Shown here: positions 1-15,100 of the stretch, one piece after another
How positions within the stretch are numbered: position 1 is the stretch's first letter
Layout: every line of letters starts with the position of its first letter
Origin: the human T2T-CHM13v2.0 reference genome, Homo sapiens
Assembly (NCBI RefSeq): GCF_009914755.1
Contig: NC_060933.1
Strand: one strand, 5' to 3'
DNA: 64,000 nt
The notes under the pieces: generated by a model
The model's input: the letters and a program-made list of their open reading frames with translations, nothing else
Database searches by the model: none
Told to the model about the DNA's origin: nothing
Program-made: the position numbers and the translations under genes

Positions 1-110
1 GTCTAGGTGAAGATTTTAGCATTATGAGCTTAAATAAACTAGAATGAGTCATAACTATCTATCCAAAAATAAAGAAATTTCCAAAAACACTTTTAAAAAG
101 ATAATAGTTA

Positions 111-600
<490 letters not shown>

Positions 601-781
601 CAAAACGAAAAAACAAAAACAGTTGATATTTACATGGGGCATATTTGAACATCTTTTGAATTTAGCTTCCATTAAGAATAAACATTAGTGGTTCGAGCTA
701 GGAAAGTATGGATTAAAACAAGATTAAGCATGAAATTTTAAAAGAAAATGAATATGTGATTTAATTTAATTTATTTATTTA

Positions 782-1229
782 TTTTTGAGAAAGTCTCACT
801 CTGTTCCCAGGCTGGGGTACAGTGGCACGTGATCTCAGCTCACTGCAACCTCTGCCTCCCAGGTTCAAGCAATTTTCCTGTCTCAGCCTTCTGAGTAGCT
901 GGGATTACAAGCTACTCAGGATTACAAGCTGGTCCAGGAGTTTGAGACCAGCCCGGGCAACATGGCAAAACCCCATCTCTACAAATAATTTAAAAAGTAT
1001 GCAGTGAGCCGAGATCATGCCACTGCACTCCAGTCTGGGTGACAGAGCGAGACTCTGCCAAAAAAAAAAAACAAAAAACATTAGCCTGGCACCTCCATGC
1101 CTGGCTAATTTTTGTATTTTTAGTAGAGACAGGCTCTCACCGTGTTGGCCAGGCTGGTCTCGAACTTCTGACCTCATGATCCGCCCACCTTGACCTCCCA
1201 AAGTGCTAGGATTACAGTCGTGTCCGGCC
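782..1229 (-). mobile_element. AluS interrupted by a ~180-bp insert
   Basis: Antisense Alu consensus on both sides of 910-1089. Confidence 0.85.
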
Positions 1230-1258
1230 GAGTATGTGATTTTAAAAAAAAGATTTTA

Positions 1259-1555
1259 GGCCTGGTGCAGTGGCTTACACCTGTAATCCCAGCACTCTGG
1301 GAGGCTGAGGCGGGCGGATCACAAGGTCACAAGATCAAGAATATCTTGACCAACATGGTGAAACCCCGTCTCTACTAACAATACAAAAACCAGTCAGGCG
1401 TGGTGGCGTGCGTCTATAGTCCCAGCTACTCTGGAGGCGGAAGCAGGTGATCGCTTAAATCCGGGAGGTGGAGGTTTGCAGTGAACTGAGATAGCACCAC
1501 TTGCACTCCAGCCTGGGCGACAAGAGCGAAACTCCAACTCAAAAAAAAAAAAAAT
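1259..1555 (+). mobile_element. AluS
   Basis: Dimeric Alu with A tail. Confidence 0.9.
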
Positions 1556-2499
1556 TTTTTAATTAGGCATTTGGATATGAGTTAGCATAGCAGCTGAGAA
1601 GAACACAGCAGCTGAGAAGAACATGAACTCTAGTAAACTCTAGTCACTCCCCTGGACCACACCCACATATATAAACACAGGATACCAGTGGTTTATCAAG
1701 ATCAGGCCCTGAACTGATAATTTGCCTGGAATCTTTGTATCATTTAAAGGCAATTTACAGTAACACAGTATCTTAGGATCTGAAGGCTTTTACAAAGTTA
1801 CCATTTCATGCATAACAAACCAATGTAAGTTAATCACCTGAGCTGATAGTTAAGGTATTTTTCTACTTAATTCTAAACATGTTTAGAAAAAAGACAAGAA
1901 TTACTTTTTTCTTGGCATTAGCACCACAAATTTCACGTCAATTGATTCTTTGTTTATGAAACTTCAAATTTACTCAATTTCTGGAGGATCACCTTGTTTT
2001 CACCTTATTTTTTAAGTTTTTATAGGGCTGAAAATTTACAGTATGCCTATCTTTTAAAAATAATAATACACTCACCATAGAAAACTGGATTGTGATGTTT
2101 AAAATGTTTACATGAAAAATTATTTATAACAATGACAAAGATGGAAAATATGTGATATTGAGACGAAAATTATGTTGTTGACTGTCAAGTAGAGTATGGG
2201 CTTTGGAGCAGGTCTTCAGGACATGATTAGTTGAACTAATATGTAATTACTCTAACTCTTTAGCTTAATTTTATAAGATAAAGGAGGAGGTATGGAAGTT
2301 AATGTGTATTTTTCTCACAACGAAAAACCATTTAAAAATCTTTACAGACAAAGGAGAAAGCTGAGAAATTTTTCCAGAAAGTTTTTCCAGAAAATTTCAG
2401 AAGTCACTGAAATTTTTCCAGTGACTTCTGTCAATGGATAAATAAACATTTTATCTATTCATTCAGTCAACAAATATTTAAGTGCCCACAAGGTGCTAA

Positions 2500-2895
<396 letters not shown>

Positions 2896-2974
2896 TAGCA
2901 TTTCCAATGTTATACACATATTTGTATACATATATAAGTAGAACACCTTTAGTGGAACACTCACTAATTTTTTT

Positions 2975-3345
2975 TAAGAATTTACTTTTTAGAGTAGTTT
3001 TAGGTTCACAGCAAAACTGAGCAGAAAGTACAGAAGGTTCCCATATACCCACTGCCATTCCCTCCACCAGCCTCCTCCACTATTAACATCTTGCACCAGA
3101 GCACCATATTCGTTACAACTGATGGACCTACATTAACACACCATTATCACCTAAAGTCCATAGCTTACATTAGGGTTCACTCTTGGTGGTGTATTTTCTA
3201 CGGGGTTTGCCAAATATATGACATGTATACACTATTATAGGATCATACAGAATAGTTTCACTCACAGCCCTAAAAATCCTGTCATCTATTTGTCCCTCTT
3301 TCCTCTGCTCCATGGCAACCACAGATCTTTATACTGTCTTCATAC
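2975..3345 (-). mobile_element. Old L1 (L1MB/MC-like) 3' end fragment
   Basis: ttttaggttcacagcaaaactgagcagaaagtacaga...ttagggttcactcttggt signature. Confidence 0.75.
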
Positions 3346-3719
3346 TCTTCCCTTTTCTAAAGCTGTTTTAAAACGAAGTTTGGGTAAACATAGTTTAACT
3401 AGGGTCAAGTATAATATAACTGATCTTTAATCTACTGATTATACTCAATTTAGCAAATTTGTTAACTCTTAAGAATATCTACTTTCACATTTCTTTGGCC
3501 TCTTTTTTTGTGTTATTGGTCATACTGTATAAAATCCTTTGTTGTAAGGTTCCAGAAAACATTTTTGAAAAAATGCAGAATATAAAACAATGCTTAAATT
3601 AAGCAATTGGTGTTCCTCAAATCTAAGAGGGCATTTAATGATAAGATGCAGCATTATTTTATATATCACTAAGATGCACTATTATTTTATATTTGAGTAA
3701 AAGAAAACCACAAGCCATT

Positions 3720-4025
3720 GGCTGGGCACGGTGACTCACGCCTGTAATCCCAGCACTTTGGGAGGCCGAGGCAGGTGGATCACGAGGTCAGGAGTTCGAG
3801 ACTAGCCTGAACAATATGGTGAAACCCCGTCTCTACTAAAAACACAAAAATTAGCCGGGTGTGGTGGTGTGCAAATGTAGTCCCAGCTACTGGGGAGGGT
3901 GAGACAGGAGAATTGCTTGAACTCAGGAGGCGGAGGTTCCTGTGAGCCTAGATCACGCCACTGCACTCCAGCCTTGGCGACAGAGCGAGACTCCACCTCA
4001 AAAAAAAAAAAAAAAAAAAGAAAAA
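3720..4025 (+). mobile_element. AluS
   Basis: Dimeric Alu with A tail. Confidence 0.9.
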
Positions 4026-4183
4026 ACGCCAATTAACTCTAAGATGGCATTGACTGTGAGATGCATTCCCATTTCAGAGAAATTAAAATTTGTTAAAGTG
4101 TTTTTTTGAAGTGTGCCTTAGAATTAACTACAATCGTAAATTTTTGTTTGGAACGTTATTTCGATGTTAGAATTCTATTCCAC

Positions 4184-4476
<293 letters not shown>

Positions 4477-4723
4477 CCTCCATCCTGCTATTTTTATCAG
4501 CCAGTAACTCTCAACAGTGGGAATTTGATTTTGAAGCATTGTTCTTTCCCACTGATTCTGCACCAGTGGAGCCAAGGATGTTAATCGAGGAATGGTTCGG
4601 ACATTAACTCTTCTAGTTGTAGTTTGTCATTTAATTGCAGATTGAGGTAGATCATTCAGTGACTATTAACTACCATAAACAGCAATAATAAACAACTTCT
4701 TTTCTTTTTTTTAAATTCATCTA

Positions 4724-5012
4724 TTTTTTTTCGAGACAGAGTCTCGCTCTGTCGCCCAGGCTGGAGTGCAGTGGCGCGATCTCGGCTCACTGCAACCTCC
4801 GCCCCTCCAGGTTTAAGCAATTCTCTGCCTCAGCCTCCGGAGTAGCTGGGATTACAGGCGCCTGCCACCACGCCCGGCTAATTCTTTGTATTTTTAGTAG
4901 AGACGGGGTTTCACCATCTAGGCCAGGCCGGTCTTGAACTCCTGACCTCATGCTCCACCTGCCTCCGCCTCCCAAAGTGCTGGGACTACAGGTGTGAGCC
5001 ACCGCGCCCAGC
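4724..5012 (-). mobile_element. AluS, CpG-rich
   Basis: Antisense Alu; acaacttctttt on both sides. Confidence 0.9.
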
Positions 5013-5244
5013 CACAACTTCTTTTCAAAATTGAATTCAATTCTGAAATATCTCAAGGGAGGTCATGGATTATTTAAAAGGAAATCACTTGCAACAATAA
5101 ACATAAAACAATGCAGAAATAGTATAAACTCATCTAGATTGAAGAAACACAAACATTGAGTACTAGCATCTTCTTGGGATGACTTAAAATTAGGACAAAT
5201 ACTTAGTTACCTTACTACCCAAAGTGACATTTCTTCCCATTTTA

Positions 5245-5495
5245 GAGCTGTGCTGTCCACACGTACAATTAAAATTTTCTAGTAGCTAGCCAAAGTATTT
5301 AAAAAGAGAAATTAACTTAATAATTTACCTAATTTAATGTAGTATGTCCAAAATATTACCTTTTCAACATGCAATCAATATAAAATTTACTAACGAGATG
5401 GTCTTCCACATCTGGTGTACTGTTTACTCCACAGAGTGGCAAGCTGCCTTTCCAACCCTCACTTAGCCACATGCGGCTACCGTATTGGATGGCAG
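5245..5495. mobile_element. MER3/MER33-like hAT DNA transposon remnant
   Basis: gctgtgctgtcca...ccacatgcggctaccgtattggatggcag termini. Confidence 0.6.
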
Positions 5496-6159
5496 TCTTA
5501 GGGAATTTCAATATCAACTGATTCTTTAATTCTGAATTTGAGAATTTCTTTTTATAATACACACGGTCGCTAAGGCGCTTAGAGATCTGTGAGGCGCATG
5601 GAGATTATTTTACTCTCCGGTCCCTTTTGATCCAAGATCCCACAGCATTAAAAGCAGTAAGAGGGAAGGCAATGGGCATCCCTTGCGCCCAGGAACGTGG
5701 CCTGGAGGGCCTGGCTGCTCCGAGCAGTAGCAGTGCCCGGCGGGGAGGCTGCAGACGCGGCGTTGGAAGTTGGATTTCTAGACAAGCTCCGGCAGCTGCC
5801 CGGAACCCGTGTCTTTTTCTGGGGCACCCAGGAACAGCAGGGCCAGACGGAGAGAGAGCAGCCTCCAGCCAGGCACAGGGTCCCGAGCTGCCACCGACAC
5901 CGAGGGAGCCCGGCCCAGGGCTGCAGCGCTTTCCGCCTAGGTGGGCGGCAGCGGGAGCGAGGAGCCGGAGGAAGCCCGGCCTGCGTCCTGCGGGCAGCAG
6001 GACACGATCTCCCCGGCGCGCTCTCGCCGGCGCCGCAGCGGGCGCGCGGGCGACAGGGTGGGCGTGGACCGATGGGGGCACCGCCCCTGGGAGAGGCGGG
6101 CGCCGCGGTTCCGGGGGCGGGACGCGCCGAGGAGTGGGGCGCGAGCCGCCGGTTTTGAT

Positions 6160-6562
6160 TAGTGCGCGGAGCTGCGGCGGTGGAGCTGCTCGGCCGGGAG
6201 CCCGGCGGCGAGACGGAGAGGCGGCGGAGGTGCCCGCGCGCAGGGTCTGGTGGGCGGCCGCGAGGCTCGGGAGAGGCGAACCGGAGCGCGGGACCGCGGT
6301 CGCCCCGACCAGAGCCGGGAGACCGCAGCACCCGCAGCCGCCCGCGAGCGCGCCGAAGACAGCGCGCAGGCGAGAGCGCGCGGGCGGGGGCGCGCAGGCC
6401 CTGCCCGCCCCTTCCGTCCCCACCCCCCTCCGCCCTTTCCTCTCCCCACCTTCCTCTCGCCTCCCGCGCCCCCGCACCGGGCGCCCACCCTGTCCTCCTC
6501 CTGCGGGAGCGTTGTCCGTGTTGGCGGCCGCAGCGGGCCGGGCCGGTCCGGCGGGCCGGGGG
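6160..6562 (+). other. UGCG: GC-rich 5' UTR of UGCG exon 1 (TSS approximate, likely dispersed ~6160-6280)
   Basis: No ATG between ~6270 and the start codon; lies in the CpG island directly 5' of the ATG; TSS not readable from sequence alone. Confidence 0.65.
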
Positions 6563-6660
6563 ATGGCGCTGCTGGACCTGGCCTTGGAGGGAATGGCCGT
6601 CTTCGGGTTCGTCCTCTTCTTGGTGCTGTGGCTGATGCATTTCATGGCTATCATCTACAC
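6563..6660 (+). CDS. UGCG: UGCG coding exon 1 ([33 protein letters not shown]; N-terminal signal-anchor)
   Basis: ATG in strong context (gggATGG), hydrophobic TM segment, donor AC|GTGAGT at 6661; 98 nt. Confidence 0.98.
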
Positions 6661-7309
6661 GTGAGTGAGGGACCGCAGGAGGGGCTCGGGGCAGGGGTCC
6701 GGGCCTCGGAGACAGGCGAGAATGGGAAACGTTTGCGCTTTGAAGGGGACTGGGCTCGGGCGGGGGTGGAGAAAGCTGATCGTCAGGCTGTTCCCCCCGT
6801 TCCCTCGCCCCTCGGACCGGCGGTGGCGGTGGTCTTTGCGAGGGAAAAGTGTTGGGCGTGGGAAGGGTTTGCTGGGTTGCAGGCGACTGCCCAGCCAGGC
6901 TAAAGGAGACTGCTCTTACGTGTCAGGCTGAAGGTGGTGGCTTGGTTTGATTGTGCTGGGGATTCGTGTAATTTTTCATCTGGGCCGAGATGTATGGTGT
7001 ATTGTTTTTTTCTCCCGACCTGGGCCACGTTTCTGTTAGGGTGGTGATTGTGTCCACTTTTCTGGGAGCTGCTCACAGCTATCTGGACACCTCTCTGTGG
7101 ATTTTCTTCTTCCTGGAAGGGCTCTATGCGCTTAGATAGGTGTGAAGCACCTGTCCACCCTGAAAAATGTCCACCAAACCTCCGAGCTGGCATGATAGCT
7201 TTGAGTCCTGTCAGCTTGTACATCTCAGCGTGGTTTTCTTTCCTTTTTTCAGTTCCTCGTTTTATTGTTTTATGTAGATTTGTACTCTCCCCGTGCCGGC
7301 CACATCTTT

Positions 7310-7520
7310 TCATTTTTGTTTAACAAATACTTCTTGAGGCCTACTAGATACCATTCACTGTTATTGGCCAGGGGACATGGTGGTGAGCAGGACAGAATTC
7401 CTGTCCTCATGAGTCTTACATTCTAGAAGGAAGGAGCAGATAAAATCTAAATAAGGTTATGAGATTGTGACGAAGCGTGTAAGTAAAATAGAACTGGGTG
7501 ATGGCGTGAATAGAGACATG
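7310..7520. mobile_element. L2 3' end remnant
   Basis: tttaacaaatacttcttgaggcctact...ccctgtcctcatgagtcttacattctag. Confidence 0.6.
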
Positions 7521-8419
7521 GGTTATGTGGCTAGTTTGGTATATCCACTGTTTAAGGTGAAATCTGCCTCTGTAAAGAAATGAAAAAATTATATAGAGCA
7601 CATTACTGATATCGATTCACTTGGATTTTTAGTCTGGGGGGAGAAAAGAGCAATTGTATATAGTAATCGTTACCATGAACTAGAATAGAGTGTATGTTAG
7701 TGGAAGAGACTTTAAGAAATTAGTTACTTTTAGTTTTTTGGTTTTTTTTTTTTCCTTTTTACTGCGGAAAAAGTGTGCCTTTGCTTTTGGAAACACTGTA
7801 TTTTATTAGTATAGTGTGGCATTTCCTGGTACTGAGAAAGATGATGCTGGTACAGGTTATACTGATATTTCTTTGAAAGTGAAAGAAAACATGCCACTTG
7901 GATATTGTTGACTTTAGTTTTTGGAGTTGGTGAGCTTAGTCACAGCACATTCTGGAGTTCATTTAAAATATGTGAGTTCTTTTTCTTTAAAAAAATTGTT
8001 ACTTTTTACCGTCATAAAAATAAAAAATGCTTACTGTGTAAGGAATTTATGCAATAGAGAGAGATGGAGAAAATTAAAATATGCACACACCAAAACTACA
8101 TTACCTTGTTAACCTTTTGTGACTATCCTTCCAATCTGTGTGTGTGTGTGAGAGAGAGAGAAGGAGGGAGGGGAAGAGGGAAGAGAGAAAAGGACTATAT
8201 TATGATTATTGTTCTGTAACCTGCTTTAAAGTTCATCTGTTTAATAAATGTTTATTGAAAAGCCGTTTTGTGCAAGGCACTGTTCTAGTTGCTGGAAGAG
8301 TGAAGAACAAACATACAAGGCCCCTGTTCACATGGAACTGTCCTGTAAAATGTCTTGACCGTTTTTTGCATGTCAATATCTGTATGATCTCTACATCATT
8401 TGTAATAGATGCATGATAT

Positions 8420-9290
8420 TTTAGTTTACCAGGTACCAAGATTTATTTATTATTACTGATGGATGTTTAGGTTGTTTCCAATTTATCTAGATTACAAAGA
8501 ACACTGTGATGAATTTATATGCATACATCTTTGAGAAATGATCTCATTTATATTTCCGAAAGAGGAATTATTGGGCCAGAAGTGGTGCACATTTTAAACT
8601 TTGATACATATTGGCCCCATGGAAATGTTATGTATATTCACAGTCCTGGTAACATTGTATGATGGCCCCATTTTGCCTTACAAACACTAAGTAGCAGGCA
8701 TTTCACTGTTTTCTGTTTCTATTTTCATTCCTTTAAAGTTACATTGAGCACTTTTAAAATATGTTTATATGCTAGTTACATTTAGATGTAAATTACATAC
8801 TCATAATCCTTTGCCTGTGCTGCAATCTGTTGCTGAATTCATCTTTCTGATATAAAGGTTGTTTTCTGTCACATGTAGCATTCTTTTCCCCAGTCTGTTT
8901 TTTGTCTTTTAACTTTGTACATATATTTGACATGGAGAAAAGTGTGTGTGCATGTGTGTTTTAGGTAGATAGGTCTTTCCGTTTCTTTTACATTTTCTAA
9001 CTCTGTTATAATTTTTATATCTTCCTTATTCCTCCAAATTATTATATATGTTAGTCTCTGCTTCCTCTTAGTATTTTTTTCTTAATTTTTTCACATATTA
9101 CCCTGAATTCACCCAGTATTTTACTTCGTTATATGAGAGCTAGAGCCCTAATTATAGTTTCTTCTAAATATTTAGAGACTTGTCCAGAATTACTTATCAG
9201 ATGATTATTTGATTATTCCACTGTTTTGAAATATTTTTATTATAAACTAAATTCTGCTTTATACTTGGGTATGTTTCAAAGCTTCTATTG
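8420..9290 (-). mobile_element. Degenerate L1ME-like fragment
   Basis: gatggatgtttaggttgtttccaattt and following T-rich L1 antisense signatures. Confidence 0.5.
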
Positions 9291-9819
9291 CCCTTTCTTA
9301 ACCTATTTTAGATGGCAGATGTTTGTAGGATTTCTGCCAACAATGTCAAAGGTAACATTCAGATTAGAGACATTTCAAATTCAAGAGTCTTATTGTTGAG
9401 ATTGAAGATTTCCTAAAAATAACTAAAGAGTATAGCCTTGGCAAGTTAAATAGCCTTTATGGGTTAATTTTTTTTTTTTTTTTTAATGGTAAGTGCTAGT
9501 GTGGCTTGATAGGTTGGGGCCTAAGGTGAAATTGTATAAAAGCCTAGACCTGATGGTAGTGTTTCTCTTCTAGCCCTTGGGAGCCACGTTGCTGCGTGAT
9601 GAAGTGATCTAAGCAGAAACCTTGCTTCATGCTCTCTTCCCTATCCCATCCACCTCATATTATTATTATTTCCCTGTGTACATAAGGTCCTAATGTTTAT
9701 CATCAGGCTTTATCTTTCGACTGGAGGTGCTAGGCTAGTGTGGAAATAATTTATGTGTCCTTAAATATTAGCTACCCTCAAGTAAAACAGAGGTCCTTTT
9801 TTACCTGGAGGTGTATATG

Positions 9820-9846
9820 TATATGTGTGTGTGTGTGTGTGTGTGT
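9820..9846 (+). repeat. (TG)n microsatellite at Alu tail
   Basis: Direct reading. Confidence 0.9.
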
Positions 9847-9849
9847 ATT

Positions 9850-10140
9850 CTTTCTTTGATACAGGGTCTTGCTCTGTTGCTTAGGCTGGAGTGCAATGGC
9901 ACGATCTTGGCTGACTGCAACCACCGCATCCCAGGCTGAAATGATTCTCCTGCTTCAGCTTCCTAAGTAGCTCCCAAGTAGCTGGGACTACAGGCATGCC
10001 TGGCTAATTTTTGTGCTTTTTGTAGAGACAGGGTTCTGCCATGTTTCCCAGGCTGGTCTTGAACTCCTGGACTTAAGTGATCTACCTGTCTTGGCTCCCA
10101 AAGTGCTGGGATTACAGGTGTGAGCCATCATGCCTGGCCC
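9850..10140 (-). mobile_element. AluJ
   Basis: Antisense Alu. Confidence 0.88.
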
Positions 10141-10214
10141 CCTGGAGATTTTTTAAGTTTTTTTTAAAGTTAATTCTGCTTTCTACAAACGTATTTCCTT
10201 TATTTTGTTTATTG

Positions 10215-10462
10215 TTATTTTTTTGAGACAGTCCTCTCTGTTGCCCAGGCTGGAATGCAGTGGCTCGATCACGGCTTCACATCCCAGGCTCGAGCAATTC
10301 TCCCACCTCAGCCTCCCAAGTAGCTGGGACTACCGGTGCATGCCATCACGCCCAGCTAATTTTTGTCACCCAGGCTGGTCTCAAACTCCTGGGCTCAAGT
10401 GATCCCCCCACCTTGGCCTCCTGAAGTTCTGGGATTACGGGCGTGAGCCACTGCGCCCAACC
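10215..10462 (-). mobile_element. AluJ with internal deletions
   Basis: Antisense Alu. Confidence 0.85.
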
Positions 10463-10878
10463 CAAATATGCTATCTCTAATGTACAGCAACTTCAATACC
10501 TGATGCACAGTTTTTGAATGGAATTTGCATACTCATTGTGTCAGGATAACTGCGATAAACTACCCGTCAAAAACTGGTTATGTTTTTCATGTAAATTTTA
10601 GCATTTGGGATATTATTTTTAGTTAGTACGATCTTTGCCTTAAATTCATGAATACTTGGTGTTCCAAGCCTTAGTGGAATGTAAATTGAGAACGTCTTTT
10701 TTGGGTTTAGTCCTGCCAATGCCCTTGGACTGTGGTCAAACGTTCATCAGTCAGGATCATTGCTACAGGGCTACTTTCAGGGAAATGAATAAGGCAGTCC
10801 AGCAATTCAGCCCCTTTAACCTGAGCCTGGGAAGATACGGAATTAGACTATAGTGTGATAGCTTTAAAGAACAAAGTG

Positions 10879-11053
10879 AGGGGCAGTGTGGGGAGGGAGA
10901 GCATCAAGAAGAATAGTTAATAGATACTGGGCTTAATACCTCGGTGATGGGATGACCTGGGCAGCAAACCACCATGGCACATGTTTACCTACGTAACAAA
11001 CCTGCACATCCTGCACATGTACCCCTGAACTTAAAAGTTGAAGAAAAGAAAAA
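10879..11053 (+). mobile_element. 5'-truncated L1PA (old primate) 3' end with TSD
   Basis: gcaaaccaccatggcacatgtttacctacgtaacaaacctgcacatcctgcacatgtacccctgaacttaaa; TSD aaagaacaaagtg 10866 / aaagagcaaagtg 11051. Confidence 0.88.
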
Positions 11054-12127
11054 GAGCAAAGTGGAAATTGCAAGATTTTAGTATTCAGTGATGGTTCTAT
11101 TGATTCATTATCCCTGCCTTTCTCTCTGACATTAGTTAGTTCAGCACACCTTCATATCTATCCTAGATGTTGAAGCTATGTCTACTCGCTGGTATCTCTA
11201 GCTGCAGCCTTGTGCCCCCTCGATTTTATATTTCTTATTGTAGCCTTTATCCTTCTGGATTACTAATCTTGGATCACAGTAGCTTAAAATCTTACCATGA
11301 ATCCTCATTGCCTCCGGGTTACAGTTCAAACTCCTTAATGAGACAAGCACAGCTCTGTAGGAGCTGAACCAGCAACGTTGTATTACTGGCATTTCCCCAA
11401 ATGTACAATGTGCTTTCTTTGGAATTGTCTTTACTTTCTTTCTTTTTTCTTTCTCTTCCTTCTTTCCTTCCAAAAATCTTGCTTAATTAACTCCTACTCG
11501 TTCAAGTCATTTTAGACTTTAGTTCCTTATTGGGTTAGGTGCCCCTTATGGCACCCAGCCATCTCCTATTTGTTTTCTATGGTGGTGGAATCTTCTACAT
11601 TCTATAGTGTAGTAAGCCCATTGTCCAGTGGGCAGAGTTTGTGTTTTCCTATAGAGCTAACTCACTATTGGTTATTTTACCTTCTGTGAGAGAATTTGTG
11701 TTAGCAAGGTTAAGCTTGCACAAGAAGGTGTGCTTTATATTGCTTATGAAGCCCATTTTGAAGCAATACCATTTTTGAAATAAGTGATACAGGTAGTAAA
11801 TTGGTCATGATATACTGATTATAAACAAACAGTAATATAGTCATGAGTGATAACAATAACAAAGGTCATTAGTCACTGGAAATTGCTGGCATGGACTATG
11901 TGAAGTTAGGGACTTGCTGATATAGCAGTGAACCTAATTTTACACGAAATACTAACAAGCTTTGTGACTTGGAGCAGGGAAGATAAATTCCTAGAGTCAG
12001 ATAAATTGGTTCAGCAGAACCACACAGCGGAATTATAAAAACAACACATTCTGGGGTTGTTAAGCAAGGTGAACTTTTGCCCTTGTGGAATTCATATTCT
12101 TCCTTAGAAACCTAGAGTGAAATTCTC

Positions 12128-12424
12128 TCTTTTTTTTTTTTTGAGACAGAGTCTCATTCTGTTGCCCAGGCTGGATGGCAGTGGTGCGATCTCGGCTTAC
12201 TGCAACCTCCGCCTTCTGGGTTTGAGTGATTCTTGTGCCTCAGCCTCCCAAGCAGCTGAGACTACAAGCACGTGCCACCACACCCCGCTAATTTTTGTAC
12301 TTTCAGTAGAGGTGGGGTTTCATGATGTTGGCCAGTCTGGTCTTGAACTCCTGGCCTCAAGTGATTCCCCCATCTCAGCCCAGCAAAGTGCTGGGATTAC
12401 AGGCATGAGCCACTGTACCCAGCC
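12128..12424 (-). mobile_element. Alu
   Basis: Antisense Alu; TSD gagtgaaattct. Confidence 0.9.
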
Positions 12425-12532
12425 GAGTGAAATTCTTGTGCCTCACTTGTGAGGAGCTGTATTAAGGTTGCTGCAGAGGCTGCTTCCCGCCATCTGAAGG
12501 GGAAGGAGCCCACCCTCCTTGTTTAACCTTTA

Positions 12533-13222
<690 letters not shown>

Positions 13223-13254
13223 CTTTCCATTCTTCAGTCACCCAGTCTTTCTAG

Positions 13255-13425
13255 ACCTGTGGTTGTCAAGTTTGACTGCACTATGGAGTCACATCAAGGG
13301 CTTAAAAAAAAGAAACAACTGCTGCCTGGGTCTCACCCCTACAGACATGGTTAAATTGGTTCAGGCATCAGTATTTTCAAAACTCCATAGGTGACATGGA
13401 TGTGCAGCCTAGGCTGAGAATGATT
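13255..13425. mobile_element. MER5-like DNA transposon
   Basis: gtggttgtcaagtttgactgcac...gcagcctaggctgagaa. Confidence 0.6.
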
Positions 13426-13804
13426 GCCCCAGGCTGTCTGCCCACAGTTGTGTCCAGCACCTGCCACCTCTTGGCTTCATTTAATTCTCCATTTAGCCTA
13501 GAGCCCACAGTTCATCACTTCATTATCTTGCCTCTTGCCTCACCTCGTATCAGTCTGCCCTGTTATCTTGAATCCATCCAATAATTATAGCTGCTCAACT
13601 TTGAAAATCCTACAGAGGGTAATCACACAGCCATGTGGACTAATACTACTACACATTGGTAGTCTCAGGGCTCAGCTAAACCTGCATTGCGGTGCTGCCT
13701 GGCAGTGCTTTTTTTTCTGTGTTTAGCTCTGACATCCATCACTTAAAAAAACCTCTTCTAAATCTTCATTCTACCGCATTCTTGGTAGATGACCTTAGCT
13801 CCTA

Positions 13805-14412
<608 letters not shown>

Positions 14413-14787
14413 ACTAGAAAAATTAAACTAGAAGCCGTCTGTTCCACCCTTTGGCCCTTTCACTCACTGTCAGGTTTCAGTAGAAACTAGTGTTTGTTTA
14501 CTGTTATCACATTTCAACTCCCATTCATTTACTTTTTAACCGATTTTTAGCTGTCTACCCTTATCCTCCATGAACTGCCCCAATTCTTGCCAAAAGTGCT
14601 CAGAGATAGCAGCAAGTACATATGTAATCTACTGGACATTACCATTCTTACCTTGGTCTCTCCAGCAGCATTCAGTGTTATTCTTTCTTGAACCCTTTGA
14701 GAAAGAAAACAGCCTGGCCAGATAAACCCTTCTGTCACTTTACTTGCATCCTGGCTGTCTTTCTGCTTCTTTGATCCCCACTTTTAG

Positions 14788-15100
<313 letters not shown>

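Larger units (their letters stand above)
5690..6900 (+). promoter_or_regulatory. UGCG: CpG-island promoter of UGCG with multiple Sp1/KLF GC boxes and no obvious TATA box
   Basis: Very high GC and CpG density; GGGCGG/CCGCCC at 5943, 6081, 6115, 6252, 6382; spans exon 1. Confidence 0.92.

Noticed and set aside
5605-6903. Overlapping 150-349 aa Arg/Gly/Pro/Ala-rich ORFs on both strands
   Set aside because: Expected from stop-codon depletion in a CpG island; no domain. Only the frame continuous with UGCG was kept, as a weak finding
6900-7323. 137-aa minus and 91-aa plus ORFs at the start of intron 1
   Set aside because: No recognisable homology or supporting splice/poly(A) structure; lengths are compatible with chance
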